Position numbers and translations under genes: made by a program. Of a stretch of DNA of 54,755 nucleotides, positions 44,480-53,492 are shown piece after piece. The stretch is from a virus (lineage: Duplodnaviria > Caudoviricetes). The notes under the pieces are model-generated. The model was not told the origin of the DNA, searched no databases, and saw only the letters and a list, made by a program, of their open reading frames with translations. The stretch spans positions 1-54,755 of the IMG/VR virus record IMGVR_UViG_3300027022_000012; one strand, 5' to 3'. Numbering within the stretch: the first letter of the stretch is position 1; every line of letters starts with the position of its first letter.

Positions 44480-46800
44480 TCTGGATTCCAGGTACACTTG
44501 TCCACGCGAGGCCTGCAGACTTAGAATTCGTCTCGATGCGCGAGTGCTTGGTCGAGCAAGCTCTTGCGGAATACTCTGAGGTCAGACAACGAAAGGGCTG
44601 GGGCCTCGATACGACGAGCCCCTTTGCGATCGGCCGACCGGTTCGTGGAATCGAGACAGCCGCATTCTCGGCCGTATTTTCAGTCATCGGCAGCGGCCTA
44701 TTCAGTACCGGGCTAGCCGGCGCCATCGGCGTCAACGCCTTCAATGCGGTTGTCACTGCGCTCACCTACGTGGTTGGATTCGGCGCGCTCGCCGGGGCTT
44801 CGCTGCTCCTTGCCGGTGGTCAATCGCAGAGAAGTACGGTTCGGCCGCCGCAAAGCCAGAAGCAGTCGTACGAGCTTGAAGACGGCCCCCGCACGATTGT
44901 TCTTGGCCGTGCACGTGTGGGCGGTGTTTGGGCAATCCGGGCATCGACTGGAAAGGACACCTATCGTCTTCTGGCGCAGTGCCAAGGACCGGCGGCAGCG
45001 ATTGAGGAATATTATGTCAGAAACCGGGAAGTTACCGTAGATTTTGACGGCGCTGTTTCCTCTCCACCGTATGCACGGGCCGGAGCGAACTACCTCTACC
45101 TGTTTTCCAAGCTCGGAACGACGAACCAGACCGCCTTTTCTCAACTGATCAGCGCATTCCCGGAAAACTGGACGTCCGATCACAGGCTTCGTGGCGTAGT
45201 CTGCACCTTGGCCCGATACATCTCTCCAGGGGTGACTGACCCGGATTTCCTGAAGATCTGGTCCGAAGGTTATCCCACCATCGGAACGCTCATTCGCGGC
45301 GAGTTCATTTACGACCCGCGCAAGGACAGCACGGAAGGAGGTAGCGGCTCTCATCGCCATGACGACGTCGACACATGGGAATGGTCAGACAACGGCATCC
45401 TCTGCTGCCTTTGGCAGGCCACCGCGGATGAAGACAAGGGCGGATGCGGTCTTGCCTTCAGCAAGTTCGATCTGGAGGACATCGCCGACCAAGCCGAAAT
45501 CGCAGACCAGACCAGAGACAGCGCCCAAGGCGCTGACGCCGAACGTGTCTCGGTGATCTCTGGTTCGTATACGACAGATACGGAACGAGCCGTCATCTTG
45601 GCAGAACTGATGCAATCCGCTGGTGTGCGGATGGTCCGTCTTCAGAACGGGAAATACTCATTCCACATCGAAGAAGATGACCCGACGCCGACCACGACTG
45701 TGGAAGCCGAGGACATTCTGGACGCGATCTACGGCGGTGACGAGATCGTCACGGATGCAAATGCGCTCGAGCTTCTTTTCCATTCACCGGAAAGGCAGTG
45801 GCAGCTCGCCGAACTCAAGATCCAAGACAAGGCTTGGGCGCGTGACGAAGTCTCGATTGCGAAGACCGGCAAGAGGGTAGAAACCCTGACTCTGAAATTC
45901 TGCCCGCAGCCAGGTCAAGGACAGCGCGTTGCCCGCAGAATATTCAACAAACGCCGCGCTCTTCGGGGGACGATCCAAACGAACTTGGCGGGACTTTGCA
46001 CGGTTAGTCACCTCGATGGGATCGCCGAAATGGATCTAATTGAGGAGGGATGGGCCCCACGCGTGGAGTTCAGCCCTCAGCGTTTCGGTGAAGGGGGAGC
46101 CACACTCGAGTTGCCGTTGATCTTTCCGGCTGATCTTTCTGACTGGGACGTCGAGACGGATGAGGCCCCCGCTCCAGTTCCGCTCGCAGACGTCCAGTTC
46201 TCCGGCAACGTGGGTCAGAACGAAATCACCAGAGCGGTGCTTGTCGAGGTCGCGTCTTCTCAAAATGCCGTGCGGATCGAATACACCGCAGCGGATGGAG
46301 CGACCGCCTACGAAGCCACATATCGAGAATGGGATGGCTTGGTTTCAGGTCCAAGGACTGGGATGGCCGAGAGTGGACTCTATGCCGAAACAGCATCGGA
46401 TCTAGAAGTCGGCGACAGGCATATCTATGAGGTCCGTGGGTACAATGCTGAGAGCGAACTCGGGCTGTGGTCAGAGGAAGTGGATTACACAGCAGCGTTT
46501 GATACCTCAGTTCCGCAGTCCTGCTCAGCGTCTTTGGAACTTGACGATGGTGCCTCGGACGAAAGCCCTGGATTCGGCAATGAAAGGGTTTGGAATGTTC
46601 TTGCTATCTGCAACGACATCAATCTCTCGAAAATCGATGGTGTCTACCGAACGCCATACAGCACACACACCGTGGACGTGATCATCACTGGTTCCCATGA
46701 GGAAGGGTCGCCAGACCCCGTGTGGGTTTGGGACGATCCGCCAACGGGAACAGTAATTTTCGCGAATTCAACCGGCCAGACGACAAGCGACGGCTATTGA
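44476..46800 (+). CDS. Central tail tip / host specificity protein
   Basis: GRARVGG, WTSDHRLRG, YDPRKDST.GGSGSHR...TWEWSDN; FN3-like region. Confidence 0.8.
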   Translation: MIWIPGTLVHARPADLEFVSMRECLVEQALAEYSEVRQRKGWGLDTTSPFAIGRPVRGIETAAFSAVFSVIGSGLFSTGLAGAIGVNAFNAVVTALTYVVGFGALAGASLLLAGGQSQRSTVRPPQSQKQSYELEDGPRTIVLGRARVGGVWAIRASTGKDTYRLLAQCQGPAAAIEEYYVRNREVTVDFDGAVSSPPYARAGANYLYLFSKLGTTNQTAFSQLISAFPENWTSDHRLRGVVCTLARYISPGVTDPDFLKIWSEGYPTIGTLIRGEFIYDPRKDSTEGGSGSHRHDDVDTWEWSDNGILCCLWQATADEDKGGCGLAFSKFDLEDIADQAEIADQTRDSAQGADAERVSVISGSYTTDTERAVILAELMQSAGVRMVRLQNGKYSFHIEEDDPTPTTTVEAEDILDAIYGGDEIVTDANALELLFHSPERQWQLAELKIQDKAWARDEVSIAKTGKRVETLTLKFCPQPGQGQRVARRIFNKRRALRGTIQTNLAGLCTVSHLDGIAEMDLIEEGWAPRVEFSPQRFGEGGATLELPLIFPADLSDWDVETDEAPAPVPLADVQFSGNVGQNEITRAVLVEVASSQNAVRIEYTAADGATAYEATYREWDGLVSGPRTGMAESGLYAETASDLEVGDRHIYEVRGYNAESELGLWSEEVDYTAAFDTSVPQSCSASLELDDGASDESPGFGNERVWNVLAICNDINLSKIDGVYRTPYSTHTVDVIITGSHEEGSPDPVWVWDDPPTGTVIFANSTGQTTSDGY

Positions 46801-46824
46801 TTTAATACAATCTGAGGTAATGCG

Positions 46825-49062
46825 ATGACCGTTTTGGTTGAACGGGCAATAGACGTGTTTGCGTCCACGGATGCGGCCGGGAACAAGCGACCGATCGATC
46901 CGGACGCGGCTAGGCGCTGGGGCATCCTGCTTGAGCGCATGGCCGTTTATGGTGCGGTGGCGGCGGCGACCAAACTGGCGCTGGACGCGATCACGCCGGC
47001 AAGCGGGACCTATCCTGGCGGCATCGTGTTCGGTGGCTCCGAGGCCGGTTTCTACGCCTGGAACGGGTCTGATTGGGGTACCAAGATCCGCAGCCTGCCC
47101 GACACGGCGGCGACGCTTACCAATGTCGCGGGCACTGCGAACGCCATCACCGCCGACACCGAAACCGGGGTCGATCCGGCTGAAGTCAAATTGCGTCTGC
47201 TCGTGCCGGTCTACACCAACACCGGAGCGACGACGCTTGCAGAGAATGGCGGAAGCGCGGTTGAAATCCTGAGCAGGTCCGGAAATTCCCTGGTCGGCGG
47301 CGAGCTTGTGGCCGGAGAGCTGGCAATCATTGGAGAAGTCGGCGGCGAGCTCCGTCTCGCGAATAGCGCGAGGATTCTTCCCTATCAGGGGGCTTATAGC
47401 GCAGGAACTACCTATGCGCTCGGCGATCTCGTGGAAAATGGCGGCGCGACCTGGTATTCGTTGCAAAACGCGAACCAGGGTAACACACCGGTCGAGGGAG
47501 CTTATTGGTCAAGCTTCCTTCCGGGGGCGACGGTTGGCGATGGTTCCATCACGTCTGCGAAGCTCGCAGACGACGCGGTGACCGGCGCCAAGGCCGATAT
47601 AGACAGCATCGTGGCCGAGCAGTTCACGACCGGCCTGACGGACTTTCCGGCCCTGTCCGCCCCGACAATCATCCAGCAATTGCTGGAGCGGATCACGCCT
47701 GAGATGGCAGGAGCGGATGGCGGCGGGGACAGCGGCGATGCCGCGACCAACCACACCGCGCTGCAGCGCCTTTTCAACGCCGCCCAAGGCAAGGTCATCG
47801 TGCTGCCGCGCGCGGCCGATTACACCTTTGACGACACAGCCCAACTCACGATCCCGGACGGGGTCATCATCGAGGACAAGGGCGCGCAGTTCAGTTTCAT
47901 CGGTACCGACACGGGGACGACGGCCCGCATCCAGGCGCAGGGGCGGCTATGGGCGAACCGGCTTGCATTCTTTTTGCCGACCGGCAACGAGGTTTACCGG
48001 TTCATGGAATTCGCCGGCGATGTGGTCATCGGCGAGGTATCTGCGATTTCAGAGGACCAGATCAACAACAGGGACGCGACCAACACGGCGGCGCTCCGGT
48101 TTCTCGGAAATTCCTCGATCGACAAGCTGATCTCCGACAAGTTCGACAATGCCCACGACGCATTCGGCTCTGTCAGTGCAGTCCCGACAATGCATGCCCG
48201 CATAGGAGATTGCCTGATCACCAACTATGTGCGTGGGCTTCACTTCGATCAGTGTTACAGAACCCATGTAGAGGGAGGTCTGATACAAACGGCTTCCGCG
48301 AATGCCGCCGTTTCGCCGGGACACAATGCCATCCTGCTGGAAGGCTGCTACTACTCCGTCGTTGAAAACGTCGCGCTGCTCGACGCGGGAGAGCACGCCC
48401 TCCGCGCGGGAACGTCCGGTGATGCGATCGCCCCGAAGTCGATAAAGGTCGATAGTGTCACCGTCGAAAGGTGCGGCGGAAGCGCGTTCAAGCTGAACGA
48501 CAATTCCGTTTGCGAGAACGTCTCTATCAACAATTTCAGCGCAATCGACTGCGGGCCTGAAGGTGGTGACCTTAGCAACGCGATGGGCCTTTTCCTGGAA
48601 AAGGCGAGCCGGGTGAGCGTGACTGGCTTTACGGTCGGGGTGAAAGACAACACTTATTCCTGCTATCGCGGGATTTCCATCAACGGCGTTGGCGATGGCG
48701 TGATCACCGGTTTCAACATCCAGAACTGCGCCGACGATGGTATTTTCGTCAAGTCCACAGATGGCGACATCGAGAAGCTGCTGATCGATACCGGCATCAT
48801 CCACAGCGTCGTGGCCAACGGTATTGAGGTCCAGCATGGGGCGAACAACGCCAGGATCTTTCACGTTGGGAGTGGCGTCCATATCAGCGGATACGATAAC
48901 GCCAACTCGGCAACCTATTACGGCCTTGATGTCACGACCAGCGTTTCGGCCCTGCAGCCCTGCGTGATGTCCGCGAAGATCGAGGATCGCGGCGGCAACG
49001 CAGCCGGCGTGTCGCGTCTGCAGGGCGGCGCGGAGGTCAAGAACAACATCTACACGATGTAG
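46825..49062 (+). CDS. Tailspike/receptor-binding protein with parallel beta-helix (probable depolymerase)
   Basis: Y..GD.V..GG..W module, D..ALQRLFNA entry motif, repetitive N/G/I beta-helix. Confidence 0.75.
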   Translation: MTVLVERAIDVFASTDAAGNKRPIDPDAARRWGILLERMAVYGAVAAATKLALDAITPASGTYPGGIVFGGSEAGFYAWNGSDWGTKIRSLPDTAATLTNVAGTANAITADTETGVDPAEVKLRLLVPVYTNTGATTLAENGGSAVEILSRSGNSLVGGELVAGELAIIGEVGGELRLANSARILPYQGAYSAGTTYALGDLVENGGATWYSLQNANQGNTPVEGAYWSSFLPGATVGDGSITSAKLADDAVTGAKADIDSIVAEQFTTGLTDFPALSAPTIIQQLLERITPEMAGADGGGDSGDAATNHTALQRLFNAAQGKVIVLPRAADYTFDDTAQLTIPDGVIIEDKGAQFSFIGTDTGTTARIQAQGRLWANRLAFFLPTGNEVYRFMEFAGDVVIGEVSAISEDQINNRDATNTAALRFLGNSSIDKLISDKFDNAHDAFGSVSAVPTMHARIGDCLITNYVRGLHFDQCYRTHVEGGLIQTASANAAVSPGHNAILLEGCYYSVVENVALLDAGEHALRAGTSGDAIAPKSIKVDSVTVERCGGSAFKLNDNSVCENVSINNFSAIDCGPEGGDLSNAMGLFLEKASRVSVTGFTVGVKDNTYSCYRGISINGVGDGVITGFNIQNCADDGIFVKSTDGDIEKLLIDTGIIHSVVANGIEVQHGANNARIFHVGSGVHISGYDNANSATYYGLDVTTSVSALQPCVMSAKIEDRGGNAAGVSRLQGGAEVKNNIYTM

Positions 49063-49067
49063 GAAAG

Positions 49068-49301
49068 TTACTCCTCCAGTACGCAGTAAGCGTTCTTGAT
49101 CTCCATCTCCTTTCCGTGATCTGCGAACTCGAACAGGAACAATTCACAGGGTTCGTCCGCCAGGTCTTCGGCCCTGCGAAGGACGGGTCGCGCGCCGGCT
49201 CCCAAATCGAAGAGTTTTTCCAGGGCCGTTTCGGGGTTTTCCGCGTGGCAGGACGATGTGTCGGAACTCTCAGCTTCGCCGGTCAGAACATAATAGCGCA
49301 T
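49068..49301 (-). CDS. Hypothetical protein
   Basis: AGGA SD, divergent from next gene. Confidence 0.5.
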   Translation of the reverse strand: MRYYVLTGEAESSDTSSCHAENPETALEKLFDLGAGARPVLRRAEDLADEPCELFLFEFADHGKEMEIKNAYCVLEE

Positions 49302-49451
49302 TGGGGTGTTTCCTGCTTCGATTCGCGCTCCGGAAAGTTGGTTGCCGGGTCGAATACAACCTTGATTTCAGATTCACGGTATAGGAAGCTGCACGCTGAC
49401 GTTTGTCAATATCATGCATACGATTCCGCTGGTTGCTTGACGGAGGGTTAA

Positions 49452-49676
49452 ATGACGATTGAACTTGTCGACATGGGCCGGCACAAGGAATTTCCGGAAC
49501 GAAAGGTCGTTACACTGCCCGAGGGAACTCTCTCTCGGGTCGAGGCCGTGCGCCGTGAGGGCGAGGACGCGATGGAAGTCTTTCGCAAGGGTCTGTTTCG
49601 TGAACTTGATTTTCGCGAGGCCGTTGAGGCGGAAGTCGAGCGCCGGCTGAAAGAGCGGCTGCGCAAACAGGGTTAA
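49452..49676 (+). CDS. Small ribbon-helix-helix-like protein
   Basis: GGAGG SD; MGR.K.F.ER..V.LPEGTL.RVEAV. Confidence 0.55.
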   Translation: MTIELVDMGRHKEFPERKVVTLPEGTLSRVEAVRREGEDAMEVFRKGLFRELDFREAVEAEVERRLKERLRKQG

Positions 49677-49701
49677 GCCCCGGAAAATTCGGTCAGAACC
49701 G

Positions 49702-49726
49702 ACCCGCCTTCAGAGGCGGGTTTTTT
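49702..49726 (+). terminator. Intrinsic terminator
   Basis: ACCCGCCT/AGGCGGGT stem plus T6. Confidence 0.75.
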
Positions 49727-49754
49727 CGTGTTCGAAAATTCGCCTGGAGAAATC

Positions 49755-49967
49755 ATGAAACTGATACCGGACTGGCGCCGGGTCCTGACAAGGGCCTGGA
49801 GCATACGCCTCATGCTGCTCGCCGCGCTGTTTTCCGTCGCGGAAGAAGCTCTGCCCCTCATGGGCGATTTCATCGAGCCGGGCCTGTTGGCCCGTCTCTC
49901 GGCATTCGTCACGGCGGGCGCGATCGTCGCCCGTATCCTCGCACAAAGGAACATGGACGATGAGTAA
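49755..49967 (+). CDS. Holin-like membrane protein
   Basis: MKLIPDWRRVL.RAWSIRL, two TM helices, AR..AQ; upstream of endolysin. Confidence 0.7.
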   Translation: MKLIPDWRRVLTRAWSIRLMLLAALFSVAEEALPLMGDFIEPGLLARLSAFVTAGAIVARILAQRNMDDE

Positions 49968-50688
49968 GCGCGCGAAAGCCGCACTCGCCTCCGGCCTCGG
50001 TCTTGTCATGCTGACGGCGACCTATCTGACCGCGCCGTGGGAAGGCACAGAGAATGACGCCTACTGGGACCGGCTCGGCAAGGTCTGGACGGTGTGCACC
50101 GGGGAAACCAAGGGCGTGAAGAAGGGCGATACCCACACCGACGCGGAATGCAGAGACATGCTCTACCGCACGCTCGAAAAGGACTATCGCCAGCCCTTGC
50201 AGAAATGCGTCAAGAACTATGACGACCTGCCGCTGAGCCTGCAGGCGGCCATGCTCGATGCGGCCTACAATGTCGGCGCCGGCGCGATTTGCCGGTCGAC
50301 CGCGGCCCGCCGGTCCATGGCCGGCGACCTCGCCGGGGCCTGCAAGGCGCTGACCTGGTTCAACAAGGCAGGCGGCAAGACGATCCGCGGGCTCGTGCTG
50401 CGCCGCGAGACCGGCGACGCGACCCGGATCGGGGAATACGAGCTGTGCATGACCGGTCTGGAGATGCCGGCCGGGCTGGATCTGGACGACGTCGCGGCCG
50501 TTCCGCCGGCAAAACCGAAGCCTGCGGACCGGCCGGCCCCGGAACCCAGATCCGAGACGAAACCCGCACCGAAAGCCGCGCCCGAAGCCGTGGCGCTGCC
50601 GTGGCCGTGGCTCGCCGGGTTCGGCGCCGTCGTCCTGATAGCCGTCGGCGCGGCGATCGTCGTCCGCCGGCGCAGGAGGGGCGCGTGA
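49960..50688 (+). CDS. GH24 lysozyme (SAR-type endolysin) with C-terminal TM tail
   Basis: WEG......YWD....WTVCTGET catalytic E/D/T, YNVG, GLV.RR. Confidence 0.9.
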   Translation: MSKRAKAALASGLGLVMLTATYLTAPWEGTENDAYWDRLGKVWTVCTGETKGVKKGDTHTDAECRDMLYRTLEKDYRQPLQKCVKNYDDLPLSLQAAMLDAAYNVGAGAICRSTAARRSMAGDLAGACKALTWFNKAGGKTIRGLVLRRETGDATRIGEYELCMTGLEMPAGLDLDDVAAVPPAKPKPADRPAPEPRSETKPAPKAAPEAVALPWPWLAGFGAVVLIAVGAAIVVRRRRRGA

Positions 50689-50972
50689 TGTTCGGCCTGA
50701 ACCTGAACGCAATCGGAGCGGCCGCCCTGGCCGCCCTCGTGGCCGGTACCGCCGGCTATCTCTACGCCCGGGCGGGCGTCTCCGCGGAGATCGACGCGGC
50801 GGTCGCCACGGCCCGGGCCGAAGACCGGGAGAAAACAGACAATGCCATCAACGAACTCGCTGACGAGGCGGATCGCGCTCGCCTGCGCCGCCGCCTTTGC
50901 AATGACGATCCTCGCGGGATGCGCTGGAGCTTCGCAGACAACGACTGCGTCGAAAAAGAAGCTCAGCCTTAG
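50688..50972 (+). CDS. Rz-like inner-membrane spanin
   Basis: N-terminal TM then coiled coil; follows endolysin. Confidence 0.6.
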   Translation: MFGLNLNAIGAAALAALVAGTAGYLYARAGVSAEIDAAVATARAEDREKTDNAINELADEADRARLRRRLCNDDPRGMRWSFADNDCVEKEAQP

Positions 50973-51123
50973 CGCCCGGCAGATCGTCGGAACCTCGCTG
51001 ATCGGCGCGCGGGGCGCGACGCCGCGCGACCAGGAGAAGATCGACGACACGGCCGCCGGGCTGTGCGGCGCCGGAACCTGGACGACGACCGAATGCGCCC
51101 GGCACGATGCAGGTGAGAAATGA
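50842..51123 (+). CDS. Rz1-like outer-membrane lipoprotein spanin
   Basis: LAGC lipobox; overlaps Rz-like gene in another frame. Confidence 0.65.
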   Translation: MPSTNSLTRRIALACAAAFAMTILAGCAGASQTTTASKKKLSLSARQIVGTSLIGARGATPRDQEKIDDTAAGLCGAGTWTTTECARHDAGEK

Positions 51124-51449
51124 AGGTCTTCATCGACTGGCTGTCGCACCTGCCGCTATCAAAGGTCGCGGTGATCGCCGCCTTTGCCGCAATCGGGGCG
51201 GTGCTCCCCAAGGACCTTTCCGCCCGAGACCGGCTGATGACCTTCTTCGTCGGTTTCATCGCGGCACTGGTGTTCGGAGAACCGGTTCGCGAAATGCTCC
51301 ATCTGTCGGAATCGTGGGCGTTCGGCATGGCTGGTGTATTGGCAATGACGGGCCGCAACATTGCTGTATTCGTAATTCGAGCCAGCCGGGATCCGGCCGG
51401 AACGGCGGCGCAGGTATTGGAGATATGGCGCGGTGGTAAGGGAAAGTGA
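51120..51449 (+). CDS. Holin-like membrane protein
   Basis: Three hydrophobic helices, basic C-terminus. Confidence 0.6.
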   Translation: MKVFIDWLSHLPLSKVAVIAAFAAIGAVLPKDLSARDRLMTFFVGFIAALVFGEPVREMLHLSESWAFGMAGVLAMTGRNIAVFVIRASRDPAGTAAQVLEIWRGGKGK

Positions 51450-51450
51450 C

Positions 51451-51696
51451 TTAAGAGCTTTCGTCCTTCACTGAGGTCCATTGGATTGAATACTGAGAGT
51501 CTTTCTCTGGCCAACCTAGGGAGGGCTCCGCAGAACCGTCGTCCTCGTGGTCTTCAGTCTCCGCTCCAAATGCACAGATACTCTCGAAAGTTTCCCTATC
51601 CAAGCGAGCCAACAATACAACCTTGTCTCCTACAGGAAGCACAGAAAAGGGAACCTCAATGAGTTCTCCTTGGGTAAAATTGACTTTATGTTTCAT
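51451..51696 (-). CDS. Acidic hypothetical protein (moron)
   Basis: Lower GC; EDD..AEPSLGW motif. Confidence 0.5.
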   Translation of the reverse strand: MKHKVNFTQGELIEVPFSVLPVGDKVVLLARLDRETFESICAFGAETEDHEDDGSAEPSLGWPEKDSQYSIQWTSVKDESS

Positions 51697-51810
51697 ATTA
51701 GATCCCAGCCCTAGATAATTAACAAATATATGTAATTACGTGGAAGGTGAGGGCAGCAACCAATCCTTGCGGGAAATTCGGTTGTATCGACGTTCAAGGA
51801 TAAGGAACGC

Positions 51811-52584
51811 ATGGAATTCACACCAGATCAGCAGGCTGTTTTGATGAACGCCTTCACGGTTGTCATGTCAGAAATAACGATGGCCGGATACGGATACAGG
51901 GTCGAGACGGACTTCGCAAAAGTCAGACGTGAGATCGAGTCGGCCGGCAAGGAACTGACGCCGTTTTTCTGGACGAATTATTATGACTTCAACGGGAAGA
52001 ACGCCTTCTGCGTGGTCCTCGAAAAGGACGGGCAGGGATTGGCTTATCTCTGTTCACAGAAAATGGACTTAGGCGCGCGCTCTCTGGAAACCGCATATAT
52101 CCAACGACTTGAGGCGATCTACAGCCACGATTCAGCGGCAAAGCTCGACCCGACGTGGACGTGCGAACCTTTGCGGGATATCACGGGACCGATCGCTTAT
52201 TCCGGCGATGCCGTGACGCACGGCGATCTGCGCACCCTAGGGAATTCAAAACGCTATTTGGCTGCGATCTCCAAGCTCTCTCTTTACCTAACCCTTTCGA
52301 CGTGGTCGGACGTAAACTGGATCGTAGGCACGATTCGAGAGCGCGACATGAGCCGCGGCTTGGGCTGGCTCTACGGCGCCGCGCGCTGTTACCCAATGGC
52401 CGAACGGTGGCTGACCCTTCCAGAAAAGCGCTTGGCTAACTATGCAGTACTGGCGTCATCTCGCCAGGACGTATTGTGGAGCGCAAAAACTGTACTCGCC
52501 ATGCATCAGTCGGAACAACAAGCACGGACAATAGAAACTTCGGCTGCCGAAGCCCTATTACCCCGACCTGAAACCGACGGATGA
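51811..52584 (+). CDS. Hypothetical protein with probable GNAT-like (LuxI/FeeM-class) fold
   Basis: AAGGA SD; IAYSGDAVTHGDLRTLG (motif A-like), helix, VNWIVGTI strand, GLGWLYG. Confidence 0.45.
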   Translation: MEFTPDQQAVLMNAFTVVMSEITMAGYGYRVETDFAKVRREIESAGKELTPFFWTNYYDFNGKNAFCVVLEKDGQGLAYLCSQKMDLGARSLETAYIQRLEAIYSHDSAAKLDPTWTCEPLRDITGPIAYSGDAVTHGDLRTLGNSKRYLAAISKLSLYLTLSTWSDVNWIVGTIRERDMSRGLGWLYGAARCYPMAERWLTLPEKRLANYAVLASSRQDVLWSAKTVLAMHQSEQQARTIETSAAEALLPRPETDG

Positions 52585-52975
52585 TCCGGTAATATTCCAC
52601 AAATCGCGGCTTTGTCATGCCAGGCGGAGTGACTTCCATCTGGACCATGTCAGAGACACCGTGACCGTTGACGGCGGACGGAAAGGCGGCGGCAACCGCT
52701 GCCGCAAAGCGCGGGTCTTGGTTGCGAACCGACGCCGCATAATCCTCCCCGAACTGACCTTCCATGATTTCGTTGAGGAAAGCCTGCCTGCCTTTGTAGA
52801 GCATGGTGGGCAGGTTTTCCCCGTCTGCTTCACATCGATACCAGAGTTGTTGCTGATCGAGCGGCATCCCGCGTCTGAAGATGCCATCGTGTTTCGCCCA
52901 ATAACCAGAAAGACTCTGTATCAGGCCGCCAGCGTGGCCACGCATGTTCGCTGGATCAATGGACTTGATGTGCAT
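52436..52975 (-). CDS. Stand-alone PAS-like (PAS_5/DUF1457-like) protein
   Basis: N-terminal L..YW, central MLYKG, C-terminal VEYYRII. Confidence 0.4.
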   Translation of the reverse strand: MHIKSIDPANMRGHAGGLIQSLSGYWAKHDGIFRRGMPLDQQQLWYRCEADGENLPTMLYKGRQAFLNEIMEGQFGEDYAASVRNQDPRFAAAVAAAFPSAVNGHGVSDMVQMEVTPPGMTKPRFVEYYRIIRRFQVGVIGLRQPKFLLSVLVVPTDAWRVQFLRSTIRPGEMTPVLHS

Positions 52976-52979
52976 GGCG

Positions 52980-53183
52980 TCAGCCCGTGAACTCGCCTGA
53001 GATCTGAGATATGGCCTTGACCACCTGCGCCTTCTGTTCTTCCGTCAACTCGTCGATGTTCTTGTCCTTATGCTCTGGACCGAGAACCATCTCTATAAAG
53101 GCAGCAAAAAACGCGTCTATGTCATCTTCGGATAGGGTTGTGGCGGATGTCGTACTGTCTGGGGCTTTGCCCTTTGTTGTCAT
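52980..53183 (-). CDS. Small acidic hypothetical protein
   Basis: ATGA-coupled to upstream ORF. Confidence 0.55.
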   Translation of the reverse strand: MTTKGKAPDSTTSATTLSEDDIDAFFAAFIEMVLGPEHKDKNIDELTEEQKAQVVKAISQISGEFTG

Positions 53184-53446
53184 TCTTCAGGGACCTCTTC
53201 GCGGACTTTTCGCCCGCACATAGCTACTCGTTTGAAAAACTCAACCGCATTCATCGTCACACCCTGTTGCTTTAGACGATGCTCGGCCTCAATTCGTATG
53301 AAATTGATGAGCTCTTGGTTACTCATTTTCAAAACCCTGGCCCCAATAAAGCTGGGTTTCGTATCATCCGTGCCGTGAAACACTTGTGATAGATCGTCCC
53401 GGTTGTCCAAGATTTCGCTGAACAGATCGTCGAAAACGTCCCGCAT
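53180..53446 (-). CDS. Hypothetical protein
   Basis: AGGGGG SD; directly downstream of integrase. Confidence 0.55.
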   Translation of the reverse strand: MRDVFDDLFSEILDNRDDLSQVFHGTDDTKPSFIGARVLKMSNQELINFIRIEAEHRLKQQGVTMNAVEFFKRVAMCGRKVREEVPEE

Positions 53447-53492
53447 CTAACCCCCTGACCTGTGTCAGCCTGAGAGTAGGCAGACCGCGGAT

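Noticed and set aside
44476-49062. Diversity-generating retroelement or invertible tail-fibre switch
   Set aside because: No reverse transcriptase, invertase or template/variable repeat pair seen
51697-51810. CtrA box in the AT-rich divergent promoter
   Set aside because: Only a TTAAC half-site and two TAATTA palindromes; no TTAA-N7-TTAA match
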